Positions 12,579 through 27,530 are shown, counted from the first letter of the stretch. The stretch: 64,000 nt of DNA from Octopus sinensis (GCF_006345805.1 NC_043011.1:13776464-13840463), one strand, 5' to 3'. Notes: generated by a model from the letters alone, not told the origin. Numbers and translations are program-made.

Positions 12579-12959
12579 TATATAATCATATATAATATAT
12601 ATATATATATATATGAATGTGTACATGTATCAGAGTTGTTTAGGCAATAATGTCCTGAATTATTCTTATTAACATAGTCCCAGAGAAAAATAATGCGCAA
12701 CATCGCACTGTTGAATCAAAACTTTACAGATCCAAATGTACAAGCCCCGATTTATCATTACGATAATGTCTCTTTAAAGAAGGACATTGAATCCTGTTAC
12801 CTACAATGGTCTGGGAAAGGGCCACTCGGTAGATTCACCGTGGTCCAGAATTTAAAGCGAAACTTCCTTCAAAGAAATGAAGAGCATTGACAGAATATTT
12901 TGTTTGCATCTATTTGAGGTAGACTAGTTGAAAAACTGCTCGATTTTGTAATCATAATG

Positions 12960-13420
12960 TCCCTCAGCCGCACTCAAATAAATAAAATTGTTTCATTTCA
13001 AGAACTTGCTTCGGTAATTTACTATAATACTCTTCATTGACGGTGCGACCCTTTTGAAGATAGTCAATATACACAATGCCTTTCGCATCCCAAAAAAACT
13101 GAGGCCATCACCTTCCCTACAGATGAAACCACCTTGCCCTTCTTTGGAGTAGGTGAGGAGGGGTGTTTCCACTATTTGGATTGTCTCTTTATCTCTGGCT
13201 CAAAGTGATGAAGCCAACGCACATCCTTTTTCTGCAGGTACTTTATAACACCACGATGCCAAATTTTGTCTATTTCCAAGAGAAGTCGCTATTAGTTAAT
13301 TTTGAAGTCTTTTATCAGTCAGATGCCAGTTTACCTAGAAACAATGTAGTTATTAATAAGGGGAGTTGACGTTAATGCATGCAAGATTTCACAGATCTAG
13401 CAATCACTTCTTCATCCCAC
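12960..13420 (-). mobile_element. Mariner transposase remnant, same family as 45395-46658
   Basis: Minus strand reads ..IWHRGVIKYLQKK.. and ..WKHPSSPTPKKGKVVSSVGKVMASVF.., with deletions and stops. Confidence 0.8.
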
Positions 13421-13559
13421 CCTTGCAGAATATAATATTAATGATTACAAAAAAATTGATTTGAAGAATATTTAATACGTTTACAATGAGATATAAGAAA
13501 CGTTTAAAATATTGGAGAGACTTATGTATCGAAGCGAAAAAGAAGAAAAATGAACGCAT

Positions 13560-13582
13560 ATATATACATACATATATATGTA

Positions 13583-13667
<85 letters not shown>

Positions 13668-13876
13668 ATATATATGTATGTATATATATATATATATATG
13701 TATGTATATATATATATATGTATGTATATATATATACATATGTATGTATATATATATACATATGTATGTATATATATGTGTGTGTGTGTATGTGTATATA
13801 TGTGTGTATGTATATATATATATATATGTGTGTATATATATATATGTATGTATGTATGTATATATGTGTATGTGTG

Positions 13877-13947
<71 letters not shown>

Positions 13948-13965
13948 TATATATACATATATATA
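13560..13965. repeat. (TA)n/(TATG)n compound microsatellite
   Basis: Directly visible. Confidence 0.95.
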
Positions 13966-14550
13966 AGCGTGTATGTAAGTGTCCGTGTGTATTTACTCAA
14001 TGATTTCCTCATATATGTATTTGACACGTCAGCCTTTAAATGTAACATATTTTGTTGTATACACTCACTATCCAAAAAAATGCAAACTTTGAATACGAAT
14101 ATCTTTTACTTTTGTATTTTGCCTTCCATATCTCCTACCTGTTTTATATTTTTACATTTTATCTTATTCATTCAAAAAAAATGTATCGGCTTCTCAGTAT
14201 TTTTCATCCTTGACATCAAAAACCTAAAAACTATTGTCGAGACTGTTGCAGTCCTTGGTATTAATATTTGTTTTCCTTCAACAATTTAATCAGTGTATAT
14301 TCTTCCAGATGTTTCGGGAATTATATATATTTGCACTCTCATTGTATTCACATATTGTTTAACTTGTCCCCCCTTCACAGAAATCCATCAATCGTCTTAA
14401 ATTGAGAAAAACTGACTCTACTCACTTTGCCACGAAACTTTTTTTTGCTACTAATCAAATGTTAATCATTTTTGACTGTCATTTGCTTTTTTTTTTCATC
14501 ACAATGTTAATTCGGTGCTTAATTGTTATATTTTGTAAGAAAGGTGCCTT

Positions 14551-14651
<101 letters not shown>

Positions 14652-14893
14652 TATCCCATGTTCAGAAAATAACAAACCTCGAGCAGACCCCTTGTTTTAA
14701 TGCCAACAATATGCAACGAACCTCAATTGTCTTCCATTAATAATTTGATTTTTAAATAGATTCATCCGATATTCATTTCTAAAAAAACACCATGATTTTT
14801 ACATTTCATATAAAGCACAATATCTGTGTGTGTGCGTGCGTGCGTGTGTATGTGTGTGTGTGATTGTCAGAATATCGACATTTTTGACCCAAG

Positions 14894-14991
<98 letters not shown>

Positions 14992-15074
14992 TTGTCAGAA
15001 GGCTTATATGTCCGTGCCTTATAACATTTTACATGGATAATAATGTTTACTACTTTCGCTCCACATGTATAATA

Positions 15075-15900
15075 TGAGGTGCATTCCAGAAGTTTTGAGA
15101 CTTTGTCAGGGGAGACATTTATTAATTTCAAAGAAGTATCATACAAAACTCTAATCTCCTTCAAAAAAAGAGCTCTCTGATTTAATGAGCTTGTTGTAGG
15201 ACTCCATCCACTTTGTGAAGACCCCCATGGAAGTCCTCCAAAGTGAAGGTACCCAGGACCCTCGTAACTGTCTCATTCATTTTCTCAATGTCTCCAAAAC
15301 GACTTCCCCTGAGTTCTTCAGCTTGGGGATAAATTGAAGCCATAGGAAACAGGGTCTGGACTGTAGAGAGGGTGAGGGACAGCTTTGATGCCCATTTCTC
15401 TCAAGTAGTTGATTGCCATGATGGAATTGTGGACTGGTGCAGTGGCCACCTACTCGAGAGGAAGAGCTCTCGCCTTTTGTGACGAAATCTCTTCCTGAAT
15501 TATCTCGAAACCTTCACAAAGTATTCTGTTGATCGTCTGGCCAGAGGGAACCTAATGGGTGTAGATGACGTCCTTACTATCGGAAAAGGAGATCATGATG
15601 AACTTCCCGGTAGTCTTGCTTTATCTGACCTTCTTGCACCTGGGGGAGACAGGTTGTTCCATTAGTTGCTCTATCTCTTGGACTCCGGATCATAACAGTA
15701 GATCCAGCTTTCGTCACAAATCACCAGACACTGCGAGTTCTCTAGTCGTGATATTTGAGTTTTCTTCGATTTTTGCCTTCAAAACATCCTCATCTAACTT
15801 TGAAGGTCTTCCACTGCGACTCTCATCTTCCAAGCTAAACTCTCCAGCTTTAAATTTTGAAAACCACCTCCGAACAGTTGATTCACCTGCAGCATCATCA
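15075..15900 (-). mobile_element. Degenerate mariner transposon
   Basis: Minus strand reads STVRRWFSKFKAGEFSLEDESRSGRPSKLDEDVLKAKIEEN (HTH) and MGIKAVPHPLYSPD (YSPDL-like motif), frameshifted. Confidence 0.85.
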
Positions 15901-17469
15901 GTTACTTTCTACTTATTTTGTTTCATTTTATTTTATTTCATGCAGTTTATCTTTATAGTTTGTTTTTGCCATCATAGGTAAAACCTTGCTGGAACAGTCT
16001 TTGCTATTTCATCTCATTTCGTTTATTTATAATGTTTTTGATTTATGAACGATTATATTAATATAATCGTTCATGCTATATTTTTTGTTTTGTTCTATTT
16101 TATTTTATTTTATTTATATCATTTTATGTAATCGTTCATTTAAACTTTTTTGTTTTGTTCTAATTAATATTATATTATACAGTCGTTTATATTTTGTTCT
16201 ATTTAATTTAATTTCATACAGCATGTTCCTATATTTACCTCCTTTCTTTGTCCATATTTATTTTCTATTTCCTACCATATCATACATTATATAAATACGC
16301 ACACACACATTTAATACTAAACATAACAATCTCAACAAGCTCATCTAGTGACCAGCTGTTCTTTGGTGTATTTTTAAACGAAATATTCATCGAAACACCG
16401 AATCAAATCAAGCAGTACTTATTATCTAATTTGGATATATTTAGTACTTTCATATAAACTGTTATAACTTACGTTACTTCGAATACAAGCCGTTGATACA
16501 TGAACGCAAAATGCTTACTGTTAAACGAAATGTTTTGATATTTGCGATCAGAGTTCAAATTCTGCCGTAATCAACTTCGTCTCCGAGGAAATTCGTAGAA
16601 GTAAATTACTTCAGCTGAATCAAATCACTTGATTAGAAGAAAATGTCAAATCTTAAGATGATTACTTAATATGTCCCATCTGCAAATTAGTGTTAGTGAC
16701 CGTTCAAGGTGAAAGACGGTCTGAAAGCCTAACATCTTGACCCGATATTCATCTGGCTCTGAAACGTGCTTGATACTAAAAAAAAAACTGTGCTCGACCT
16801 AAAAACTGTTCGCCAAAATCCTACCGATGTATGTCGAAGGTTTTAGTAGCAGATTTATCGGCTGAGTTTCATGCAGAATTTGGCGCATAACTTTAATTTG
16901 TCAACTGTCGTAAAAATCACAAAATCGCTTTAACACATCATTTTCTAAAATCTAGTTTAAAAATCGAATACGAATAGCAAGTATAAAACTGATTTTGTAG
17001 GCAGTTACTAGCGATCGTCATTCCCTTTTGTAGCATCCATGGCACATATAGGCAGGAAACTTTTGGTAGCAGCCTCGTTTGTGTGGTTTGGGTGTGTAGA
17101 AAAGTTATATATTGTGTGTATGTAAGACATTGTGTGATATATGTTTAAACATTTGATATATGTATTATATTTCTGTAAAACATTTCATGTGTGTGTGTGT
17201 GTGCGTGTGTGTGCAGTATGTGTAGAACATTTAATATGTATAGTGTATATATATGCAAGATGTATATTATATTTTCGATGGATTTGTAAACAATATATAT
17301 CTAAAGATTTCTATATTAGATTATAAATAGATCTATTTCATGTAAACGACAATTATTTTTGAGGTTATGCTCACTTTGTTGTCTGGTTTTAAATATAATT
17401 ACCACACTTATTTTGTTTCCCAAATTTTCCCTATTGGCGTTTACTTTTTGGGGTGTTCACTATATCTGT

Positions 17470-20095
17470 TTAACTCAACAAACGTTTACTATTCGTATTC
17501 AGTTTCAAAGATGCTCACTATTCGGTTGTACATATTCGGTTTCACATGCTTTTGATGTTTAGTTTTTTTACACGTTCACTATTGATGTTTAGTGTTTAAC
17601 ATGTTCATTGTTTATGTTTAGTATACATTCACCATTGATGTTCAGTTCCATCTATGTTTACGTATGTTTATTTTCGCACACGTTCACCATTGTTGTTTAG
17701 TGTTGCACATGTTCACCATTGATGTTTAGTGTTGCACACGTTCACCATTGATGTTTAGTTCCGTACTCGTTCATTATTAATATTTGTTCATTATTGATAC
17801 AGATATTTAGTTTCGTACACGTTCACTGTTGTTGTTTAGCTTCTACAGTGTTCACTGTTTATGTTCTGTTGCACCCACGTTCACTATTGATGTACGCACA
17901 TGTTCGCCTTGTTTGTTTACTTCTTCACATGTTCACTATTCCTCTTCAGTTTCAATATATTTATTGTTGATGCTCAGTTTCTCACACGACCATTACTGAT
18001 GTTTAGCTTTTGCACACGTTCAGTATTCATATTCAGTTTTGCACATGTTGTCTATTCATGTTCAGTTTTGCACACGTTCACTGTTGATGTTCACTTTTGC
18101 ACACGTTCACTGATGATGTTCACTTTTACACACGTTCACTGTTGATGTTCACTTTTGCACACATTCACTGATGATGTTCACTTTTACACACGTTCACTGT
18201 TGATGTTCACTTTTGCACACATTCTATTGATGTTCACTTTTGCACAAGTTCACTACAATTTTTTGTTTCGATCATGTTCACTACTAATGTTTACTTTCGC
18301 ACACGTTCACTATTGTTATTTGGTTTCAACAACGTTCACTGCTGGCGTTCTGTTGCGTACGCATTCACCACTAACGTTTAGTTTTGCACACATTCACTAT
18401 TAATGTTTAGTTTTGCACGCGTTCAGTATTTATGTTCAGTTTTGCTCACTTTATGTTGATGTTCACTTTTTCACACGTTCACTATAGAACGTGTTCACTT
18501 TTGCACACAATCTATTGATGTTCACTTTTTGCACACATAATATTGATGTTTACTTTTGCACACGTTCACTACAATTTTTTATTTCGATCATGTTCACTAC
18601 TAATGTTTACTTTCGCACACGTGCACTATTGTTATTTGGCTTCAACGATGTGCACTGCTGGCGTTCTGTTGCACACGCATTCACCACTGACGTTTAGTTT
18701 TGCACACATTCACTATTGATGTTTAGTTTTGCACGCGTTCAGTATTTATGTTCACTTTTGCACACATTCTATTGTTGTTTACTTTTGCACACGTTCACTA
18801 CAGACATTTAGTTACGCCCATATTCACTCTCAATGTTTACTTTCACACACGTTCACTATTGTTATTTACTTTCGACAACGTTCACTGCTGGCGTTCCGTT
18901 GGGCACACGTTCACCATTGATGTTTAATTTTGTACACATCCACTATTAATGTTTAGTTTTGCACACGTTCAATATTCATGTTCTGTTTTTCACACTTTCT
19001 ATTGATGTTCACTTCTGCACACGTTCACTATAGATAATTAGTTTTGCACATGCTGACTATTAATGGTTACTTTTGCTCCTGTTTAGTTTCGACAACGTGC
19101 ACTGTTGACGTCCCCTTGCGTACACGTTCACTATTGTTGTCTACTTCCGTATAGGTTCACTATTGCTGTTTAGTTCCAAATACGTTAACTAAAGATGTTT
19201 ATTTTTGCACACATCTACTATTTATGGCTTTTTTTTGCACAATTTGAATTTTAGTTTTGCACAATTCACTACTGGTTTTTAGTTTTGAGCACGTTCACTA
19301 TTCCTGTTTACTTTCTCACACTTTTACTATTAGTATTTAGTTCCATAAACGTTCATTATTGATGTTTAATTTTGCACACGTTCAGTATTCATGTTCAATT
19401 TTGCACACATTGTATTTTGATGTTCAGTTTTGCACACATTGACTCTTTGCACACTTTCACTATAGATATTTATTTTCGCACATGTCCACGTTTGATATTC
19501 ACTTCTACACGCGTTCACTACTGAAGTTTACTTCCGCACACGTTTACTATCGATGTTAAGTTTCGTTCACGTTCACTGTTGACGTTCTGTTTCTCACGTT
19601 CACTATTGATGTTTACTTCCGTAGATGCACTACTATTTTTTTAGTTTCAGATACGTTAACTATTGATGTTTAATTCTGCATACGTTCACCGCTGATGTTC
19701 AGTTTTGTACACATTTACTGTTAATGTTTTGTCTCGCACTCGTTCACTGTTGATTTCTAGTTTTGAACACGTTCACTACAGATTTTTAGTTTCCACACAT
19801 TCACTATTTACTCTCGCACACTGATATTTAGTTTTGCACACGTTCACTGTTGAAGTTTCACTTTCTCAGACGTTCACTATTGATGTTTACATAAGTTCAT
19901 GTTTTGTGTTCAATTTCACATAAATTCATTCTCTTGCGTTTAGTTTTACATGCTCGGTGTCTGACACGTTTTGATTTTTCGCACTTCACTTTTGATCTTT
20001 TGTTGCATAAACATTTAAAGAATTTTCTTCATTTTTACACACATTCACTTTTGATATTTATTTTCACAAATGTTCACTACTAATGCTTACTTTTC
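17470..20095. repeat. Degenerate 29-bp minisatellite array with higher-order duplications
   Basis: Unit ~TTTTGCACACGTTCACTGTTGATGTTCAC, most homogeneous at 18065-18240. The variant block containing ctgctggcg recurs at ~18339, ~18656 and ~18885. Confidence 0.92.
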
Positions 20096-20937
20096 ATGTG
20101 TAATTTCTTTCTCTGAGATCTTCGCTATTAATTATCTTCACGATTATTATTAATACAAGATCTTTCGGTCTTCCACGTCCTGGCATTTTTCAATATATAA
20201 ATACAGAAAAAAAATCTTTCAGTTTCATTTTATTGCCAACTATTGCCAATTACCATTTATGCCTGAGAAAAAAAAAATCTTTCAGTTTCATTTCTTTCCT
20301 TTATTTCATTTATTTTTATATACCTACAACGAAGGATCAACCCAAATTTCTGTAATATATAATTTCATAATCTTATAGATAATTTGTTTGAGTTTAATCA
20401 CTCTTTTCCATCGCATTTACTATTTTGCTTAAATCATCGTCTTCGACTCCAGAAAGTGTCTTCCAGATATGTTAATTCAAATGCCACATTGTTAAACACC
20501 TTTGTGCACGTTAGAATATTCTCTGTTGGATAAAAGAATCTCATAAGTAAAGGCTTTGTCTTTTTTGGTCAGAGTATAAAGAACATTGTGAGAGGGAGGT
20601 ATCAGTTGTCTCAATCCACCACCGAAAATACAAACCGATGTATTTAAATTGATTCCAATTTGAATATATACACCTTTACGTTAATTGTGTTGCAGTTTGA
20701 AACTCAGGTTTATATAGAATCATTGTTTGCCCATTTTAGATGAAGGAAAACTAGCATTTTAATAAGTTTATTCATTCTAGTTCGATTCCCTTTTAATCTT
20801 TACATTTTGTTTTATAAATATTTACTAATGGTATTTAGTTTCACGAGTGCTCACAAATATTAATTAGTGCGGAAGATGTCTATTTTTCTTCCGATCAAGA
20901 TATTGTTGTAAAAATGTCAGTGTGTGTGTTTGTGTGT

Positions 20938-20993
<56 letters not shown>

Positions 20994-21015
20994 TGTGTGT
21001 GGTGTGTGTGTGTGT

Positions 21016-21083
<68 letters not shown>

Positions 21084-21084
<1 letters not shown>

Positions 21085-21932
21085 AGGGTGTTCGGGTTAA
21101 ACTTAACAGTTTGTACAAAAGAAATCTCCCCAAACAACAAAACACAGTCTCTCATCAAAAATTAAGTGTATTTTTTTTTAAATTCTAAAAATATCAACTA
21201 GATTATGGCTGGGAGATAACAGTTTACTCAAAGCTGCTACCCTCAGCTTCCACCAATGGCCTCAAGATAGCACCAAAACCTGACGCATTCGTGCCTTACT
21301 GTATCCCTGGGAAGATCTTCGAACACCTCCTTGATCTTAGTCATCAATTCGGCCTTGGTACTGCAGGTAGAGCGGTTGGTGTCTTTCTCAACCGCGTCTC
21401 ACACATAGGAATACATGTGATTAGGAGGCCAGAAATTGCGGTTGATGAAGTCATCAAGCAGTTATCTTTGGCTTTGGCTGTCAGAATTTGTCCCTTGCGC
21501 CTCTTGTACGAGTAGTAGCGACTCCAACAGCCATCTCTCTCGCCAAATCACGGATTCCCTTTCTCACACTCGTCCTGCAGTTGTTGGCTGCATCTCAGCG
21601 TGCAGATGCTGTCAGAACTATTGCTATGTCCCTTCCTGCTGACCACGGCTTCGCAGTCTCCATCGTTGCATTCCATGTCACGTTCTACAGCCTTTATGGT
21701 GTTCGCAGATCATTGACCAACGGTTATGATGTCGGTATTTTGATACACGCTGCCAATCATCATGACACAGGTAAATTCTCTTCCAAAATCCAGATGACTT
21801 CCAGTCCTCTATGTCACCTTACTGCTTTAATCTTCATGCTCTCCAGCGCCTTTGACATTTCAGCAAGACATCAAAAACTGATTCTGATTAAAGGAAACAT
21901 AAAAACTCATCAAATTTAGCCCGAATACTCTG
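21084..21932 (-). mobile_element. Tc1/mariner DD37D (maT-like) element, internally deleted
   Basis: TIRs TA|CAGGGTGTTCGGGTTAAA and TTTAGCCCGAATACTCTG|TA. The minus strand encodes a degenerate FWPPN..VEKDTNRSTCSTKAELMTKIKEVFEDLPRDTVR catalytic C-terminus. Confidence 0.8.
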
Positions 21933-21950
21933 TACATTGTGTGTGTGTGT

Positions 21951-21989
<39 letters not shown>

Positions 21990-22326
21990 TGTACATGGAT
22001 GTGCACATATAAGCATATGTGTGTGTGGTGGTGGTGGTGGTGGTGGTGGTGGGTGTCCTGAGAGCCTAATCAAAATATTGTAAAATATTGTCCAGAAATA
22101 AGTATTTTGCAAATATTTAAGCTTAATTAATGAATGGGAATTTGATAGTTTCTCATTTGTCATGATTGTATTTTAACCCTGATTTGTCAATATTTTGCTA
22201 TTATGTAGCAGCATTCTGTAAATATAATTGTATCTGTAGTTGGGAACTTGCTTTGTATCATAGCAGCTGGAGAGGTGTGTAAATATACGCGATGCCTTTG
22301 TATGTTGTGTCAGCCAACGAGCTGTC

Positions 22327-22329
<3 letters not shown>

Positions 22330-22374
<45 letters not shown>

Positions 22375-22461
22375 AAATCGTATTTTGTAAATCAATTATT
22401 GTAATGTGAAATGTACATACGGAGCTCATGTATTGTGTCATAGCAACTATATTAATACGTA

Positions 22462-22536
<75 letters not shown>

Positions 22537-22602
22537 TATATATATATATTATATATATAATATATATATATATATATATTAATACGTAAACATATATATA
22601 TA

Positions 22603-22634
<32 letters not shown>

Positions 22635-22639
22635 TATAT

Positions 22640-22710
<71 letters not shown>

Positions 22711-22759
22711 GTAATATATATATGTATATATATATATTGTATATATATATATATGTATA

Positions 22760-22804
<45 letters not shown>

Positions 22805-22854
22805 GTATATATATATGTATATATATATATATATATATATGTAATATATATATG

Positions 22855-22953
<99 letters not shown>

Positions 22954-22964
22954 ATATATATATA

Positions 22965-22999
<35 letters not shown>

Positions 23000-23001
23000 T
23001 A

Positions 23002-23039
<38 letters not shown>

Positions 23040-23076
23040 CATATATATTACATATATATATACATATATATATATA

Positions 23077-23132
<56 letters not shown>

Positions 23133-23366
23133 TATATATATATATATATACATATATATATACAATATATATACATATATATATATACATATATATATAC
23201 ATATATATTACATATATATATATACATATATATATATACATATATATATACATATATATATACATATATATATATACATATATATATACATATATATAAC
23301 ATATATATACATATATATATATACATATATACATATATATATACATATATATACATATATATATAC

Positions 23367-23410
<44 letters not shown>
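22330..23410. repeat. ~1.1-kb (TA)n-rich microsatellite
   Basis: Directly visible; accounts for the 100-264 aa YI-repeat ORFs. Confidence 0.97.
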
Positions 23411-23412
<2 letters not shown>

Positions 23413-23420
23413 GATGTGAA

Positions 23421-23755
23421 GGCGCATGGCTCAGTGGTCAGAGCATCGAGCTTATGATCAAGAGGTTGTGAGCTCGAATCCTGGACCGGGCTGTGTGTTG
23501 TGTTCTTGAGCAAAACACTTTATTTCATGTTGTTCCAGTTCACTCAGCTGTAGAAATGAGTTGCGACGTCACAGGTGCCAAGTTTTATCAGCCGTTGCCT
23601 TTCCCTTGGACACTGGTGGCGTGGAGAGGGGAGGCCTGTATGCATGGGCGACTGCTGGTCTTCCATAAACAACCTTGCCCGGACTTGTACCTAGGAAGGT
23701 AACTTTCTAGGTGCAATCCCATGATCAGTCATGATCGAAGTGGGGGGGGGTCTCA
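23421..23755 (+). mobile_element. tRNA-derived SINE (family C)
   Basis: A-box-like TGGCTCAGTGGT and B-box-like GCTCGAATCC followed by a non-tRNA body. Confidence 0.75.
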
Positions 23756-24195
23756 ATATTTTTAGATACGATGGTAGCTATTTAAATAAATATAGAATGA
23801 GTCCAAGAAGTAAAACATACTGTGCCTTACGTTGATGGAATACTGTCTCACTCAGTAAAGAATGTCAACGGTACTTGGGAATATCTAAATATGTGCCTTA
23901 CAATATTGGCTCAGATAGTTGGTGCCCTAATGTAAGAAGAATTACTTAATTACTGATAGATCTTAACAAAAAAGGGTGGGGGTAACTGGCACAGCATTCG
24001 AGTCACTCTTGGCTTTCAATCAACTGTTTCGAAGTCGATTTTGCCTTTCATTCTTTTTCGGGATCGATATAATGAGTACCAGTTGAACACTAAAACCAAT
24101 GTAATTGACTAACTCTATCCACCGAAATTACAGGTGTTGTGCCAAAATTTGAAACCAATATTAATACAACGAAAAAAAAAACGAAGGAAAGAATA

Positions 24196-24390
24196 GGCGG
24201 CGAAGTGGCTGAATCGTTAACGCGACGGGCAAAAAATGTTTAGCGGCATTTCGTCTGTCTTTACGTTCTAAGTTCAAATTCCGCCGAGGTCGTCTTTGCC
24301 TTTTATCCTGTCGGGGTCGATCAAATAAGTACCAGTTGATAACTGAGGTCGATGTAATCGATTTAGCTAAAATTTGAAATCAATAATAAT
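24196..24390 (+). mobile_element. SINE family A copy
   Basis: ggcggcgaagtggctgaatcgtt..agttcaaattccgccgaggtcg..aagtaccagttg. Confidence 0.8.
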
Positions 24391-25019
24391 ACAACGAATA
24401 AATGAAAAGATCCACGTTTTCTTTTCTTTATAACGATGGTCATGTGATTTTTTTCAAATTTTAAATAATGTTTTATTTCTGTTTTTATTTCCTACGGCAA
24501 TGCCGTGTCTTCATTTCAATTTTTGTTTAAACCTATGACCAAACTTTTTATTAAGATTCTTATTTTCCCATATTTTGCTGCTGAAGTAGTAAGCCATTAC
24601 AAGGTCAATATTTATTTTATGCGTTAGCTGTGTTAGACATTACACGGCCTCTATCTTAAGATGATATCTCTTTCTATAGTAAGTATACGTTTGTTAACTT
24701 ATAAGAAGGGAAGGATTCTTTTAATTACATTATGAAGGTTATTCAGAACAACAAAATTGAGTTGAACGAAATAAAATTAGTCATTGCAGTAATTAACAGT
24801 TAGAGAAAAGTCCTTCAAGAATAAGCATTCAGAAAACCTAGGTTCAGACAGAATAAAGGGTTTGAGTTCAAAAGATAATACAAACCATGTAATGACAGTA
24901 AACAATAAATAACTTATGTGTTCAAAAATCCATTTGCACCTTAAGAACACCGGGAGTTTGTAAGAAGTCTTTCTTATAAAAGCACTGGTTTGAAAAGAAA
25001 ACTTGCTGAAAAAAAAAAT

Positions 25020-25230
25020 AGCGAGCTGGTAGAATCGTTAGCACGCCAGGCAAAATGTTTATCGGCATTCCGTCTGTCTTAACGCTCTGAGTTCAAATTC
25101 TGCCGAGGTCGACTTTGCCTTTCATCTTTTCAGGGCCAATAAAATAAGTACCAGTTGAACACTGGAGTCGATGTAATCGACTTACCCCTCCTCCGAAATT
25201 GTTGGCCTTGTACCAAAATTTGAAACCAAT
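25020..25230 (+). mobile_element. SINE family A copy
   Basis: gcgagctggtagaatcgttagcacgcc..gagttcaaattctgccgaggtcgactttgcc. Confidence 0.8.
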
Positions 25231-27329
25231 GTCTTAAACTATATGAAGAAAAAGACTTCAATTACTACTAAAATATCTTCTTAAATGGGTCATGGTTTTC
25301 GATTCATCGAGACAGCACTCAAAGATGTCAAGACTATCAAAGGAAAAATTCCAGAAAGATTTCTTATAGCCGACAAAACATTTTTGAAGTTGCACAGAAG
25401 TGTTTCAGCGAGCGAAGAGTCGTTCTTTAGCCACAGGTCAGGTCTGACAGAGTAGTCCTATGATCATCTCTTCTTTTGTTTAGACGACTAAAACTGTGAT
25501 TGTTCAACATCAGTTCTGTTTTAAATACAGTGCAATATAATTTAGAGAGAGATGGCTGCTATTTATAGCGAGTCAAGTGACTATATTGAGGCTCTGTCGA
25601 TGGCTGGATGCCCACAATGTCCCGCAGTACAATGTTACTTACTTGACAAAGCAGCTACTTGTTCAACTTCAGCCCATATTAACAATAGACTGATTCCTGT
25701 TCATTTTTCCAAATTAATTGAAATAATTTTTTCTGAGATAATCGCTGTATTTAAACCTAATCTCTAATGAAATTTTTAACAGTACCTAAATCCAAAAACT
25801 TTTTTAAATAGGGGAATCTTTATTGGCCACTGTTCAAATTAGGTTTCCATTTTGTTAAACTTCCCTCAGCAGCACGATTTAAAAGGACTAAAAATACAAG
25901 ATAACCAGATTAGAAGCAGTAACTGTTACCTTTCAACTCAGAAAATAAAATCGTGCGTTCTATTTTACTTCTTAAGCCTTTTTTTAATTACTGCCCGAAT
26001 GAATTTGTCTTTCACCCCTCCAAAATTACTGAAATAAGTACCACGTACAAATACATTTTTAAGATATCTTTGTTGGGACTCAGATGTGAATTGTGTTATC
26101 AGTGAGTAAGAAATACATCTGAAGATGTATTAAGCTCGCTATAATTTTGTCATAGAAGTCCTGGTCTTTTTTAATAACTTCCATAAAAAATTAACAGAAA
26201 GGATAGATCGTTATAATCGACTTAATCCGTTTGTCTGTCCTTGTTTGTCCTCTCTGTGTTTAGCCCCTTGTGGATAGTAAAGAAATAGGATAGATACTCG
26301 TCCATAAAAATATCTGGGGGGAAAAGCAGCATATACTGAATGCGATAGTATAAGGAAATTTTTATTCGAGTAGTTTACTGATTTTGTTGTTATTTTGCAG
26401 AGCATCCAGCCACCGATAGAGCCTCTATACATAGTGACTTGACTCGCTATACGGAGAGGCAACGTAACGGGGTCTCAGATGAGAAGTTTGTGTATATTTT
26501 GTACACTAGAATTTAAAATTCATGTTCTGACTTTTCTTCTGTTAATAAACGTTCCAAATTTGGAACTCAAAGTCTCCACAGACTTTGAGCTCTTGTTGTA
26601 AACATTTCTTCGATTAAATAACTGACATTTATGACTTGGGAAAGTGTGCTGGAGGAAGAAACCATTACCCCATAACCTGACCCAGTACGACCAGTGAAGC
26701 TGATGTCGCCAACGTTCCATTTATGCAAAGAAAACGTACGCAGTGGAGGTTGTGGTGGGATTCATGGGGCCCGACAGTCTGGGAAGAAAGGATTGGATGT
26801 AGTAGCTAGTGCGTGACCTGGTAACGGTGGTGAATACCTAGACTGGGGGGGGGGGGTGATATGAAATCAACCAGCTCCAACAAGCAGTGGCCAAAATAGT
26901 AACGACGGTAGAAAAAAAAACATAGAGTAGAGGCAGCAGGTCTTTGATCCAAGGGTTGGAATGTGTTTGACGGTTACCTAGGATGTCAGTGTGTGTTTCG
27001 CAGCAGCAACGCCGTCTCTGATGTGGGTCTAACCCGAGTTTTTAATGGGTTTTAAAGCTGGGGTTTTTTTTCTTCTCATTTTTTTAACACTAATTGTCAA
27101 GGGGTGGTGGGAGACACACACACACACACATAGTTATATGACGGGCTTCTTTCAGTTTCTGTCTACCAAATCCACTTACAAAGCTTTGGTCGGCCCAAGG
27201 TACCACACGGTGGAACTGAACCCGGATTCCTTTTCCCCGAGTGTATTATGAAAGATTCTAATTTCACATCAGAGATTATTCTAGTCTTCCTGAATTATTT
27301 TCCTTTTAACTATTTGTAAATAAGGCGAT

Positions 27330-27530
27330 TCAAGTGTTAATTTCGTCTGTCTTCCCATAAATGTTAAGAGCCTTATCCACTACGTTCTGAGTTCAAATTC
27401 CGCCGAGGTCGACTTTGCCTTTCATCCTTTCGGGGTTGATAAATTAAGTACCAGCTGCTTACTGGGTCGATCTAATCGATTGGCCCCCTCCCCCAAAATT
27501 AAGGACCTTGTGCCTTGAGTGGAAAAGAAT
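27330..27530 (+). mobile_element. SINE family A copy
   Basis: acgttctgagttcaaattccgccgaggtcgactttgcctttcatcc. Confidence 0.75.

Noticed and set aside
17900-18920. Repeat-protein ORFs within the minisatellite
   Set aside because: The 29-nt period breaks frame; the ORFs are short and lack splice support.
17470-20095. CRISPR-like appearance of the ~29-bp periodic array
   Set aside because: There are no unique spacers between constant repeats, the whole unit is degenerate, the context is eukaryotic and no cas genes are present.
23421-23495. tRNA gene
   Set aside because: A/B boxes are present but there is no clean cloverleaf, and it continues into a SINE body; the same applies to the family A and B heads.
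26400-27040. GC-richer unique-looking stretch, possibly a LINE/PLE ORF remnant
   Set aside because: No motif could be recognised with confidence in any frame; needs a translated search.
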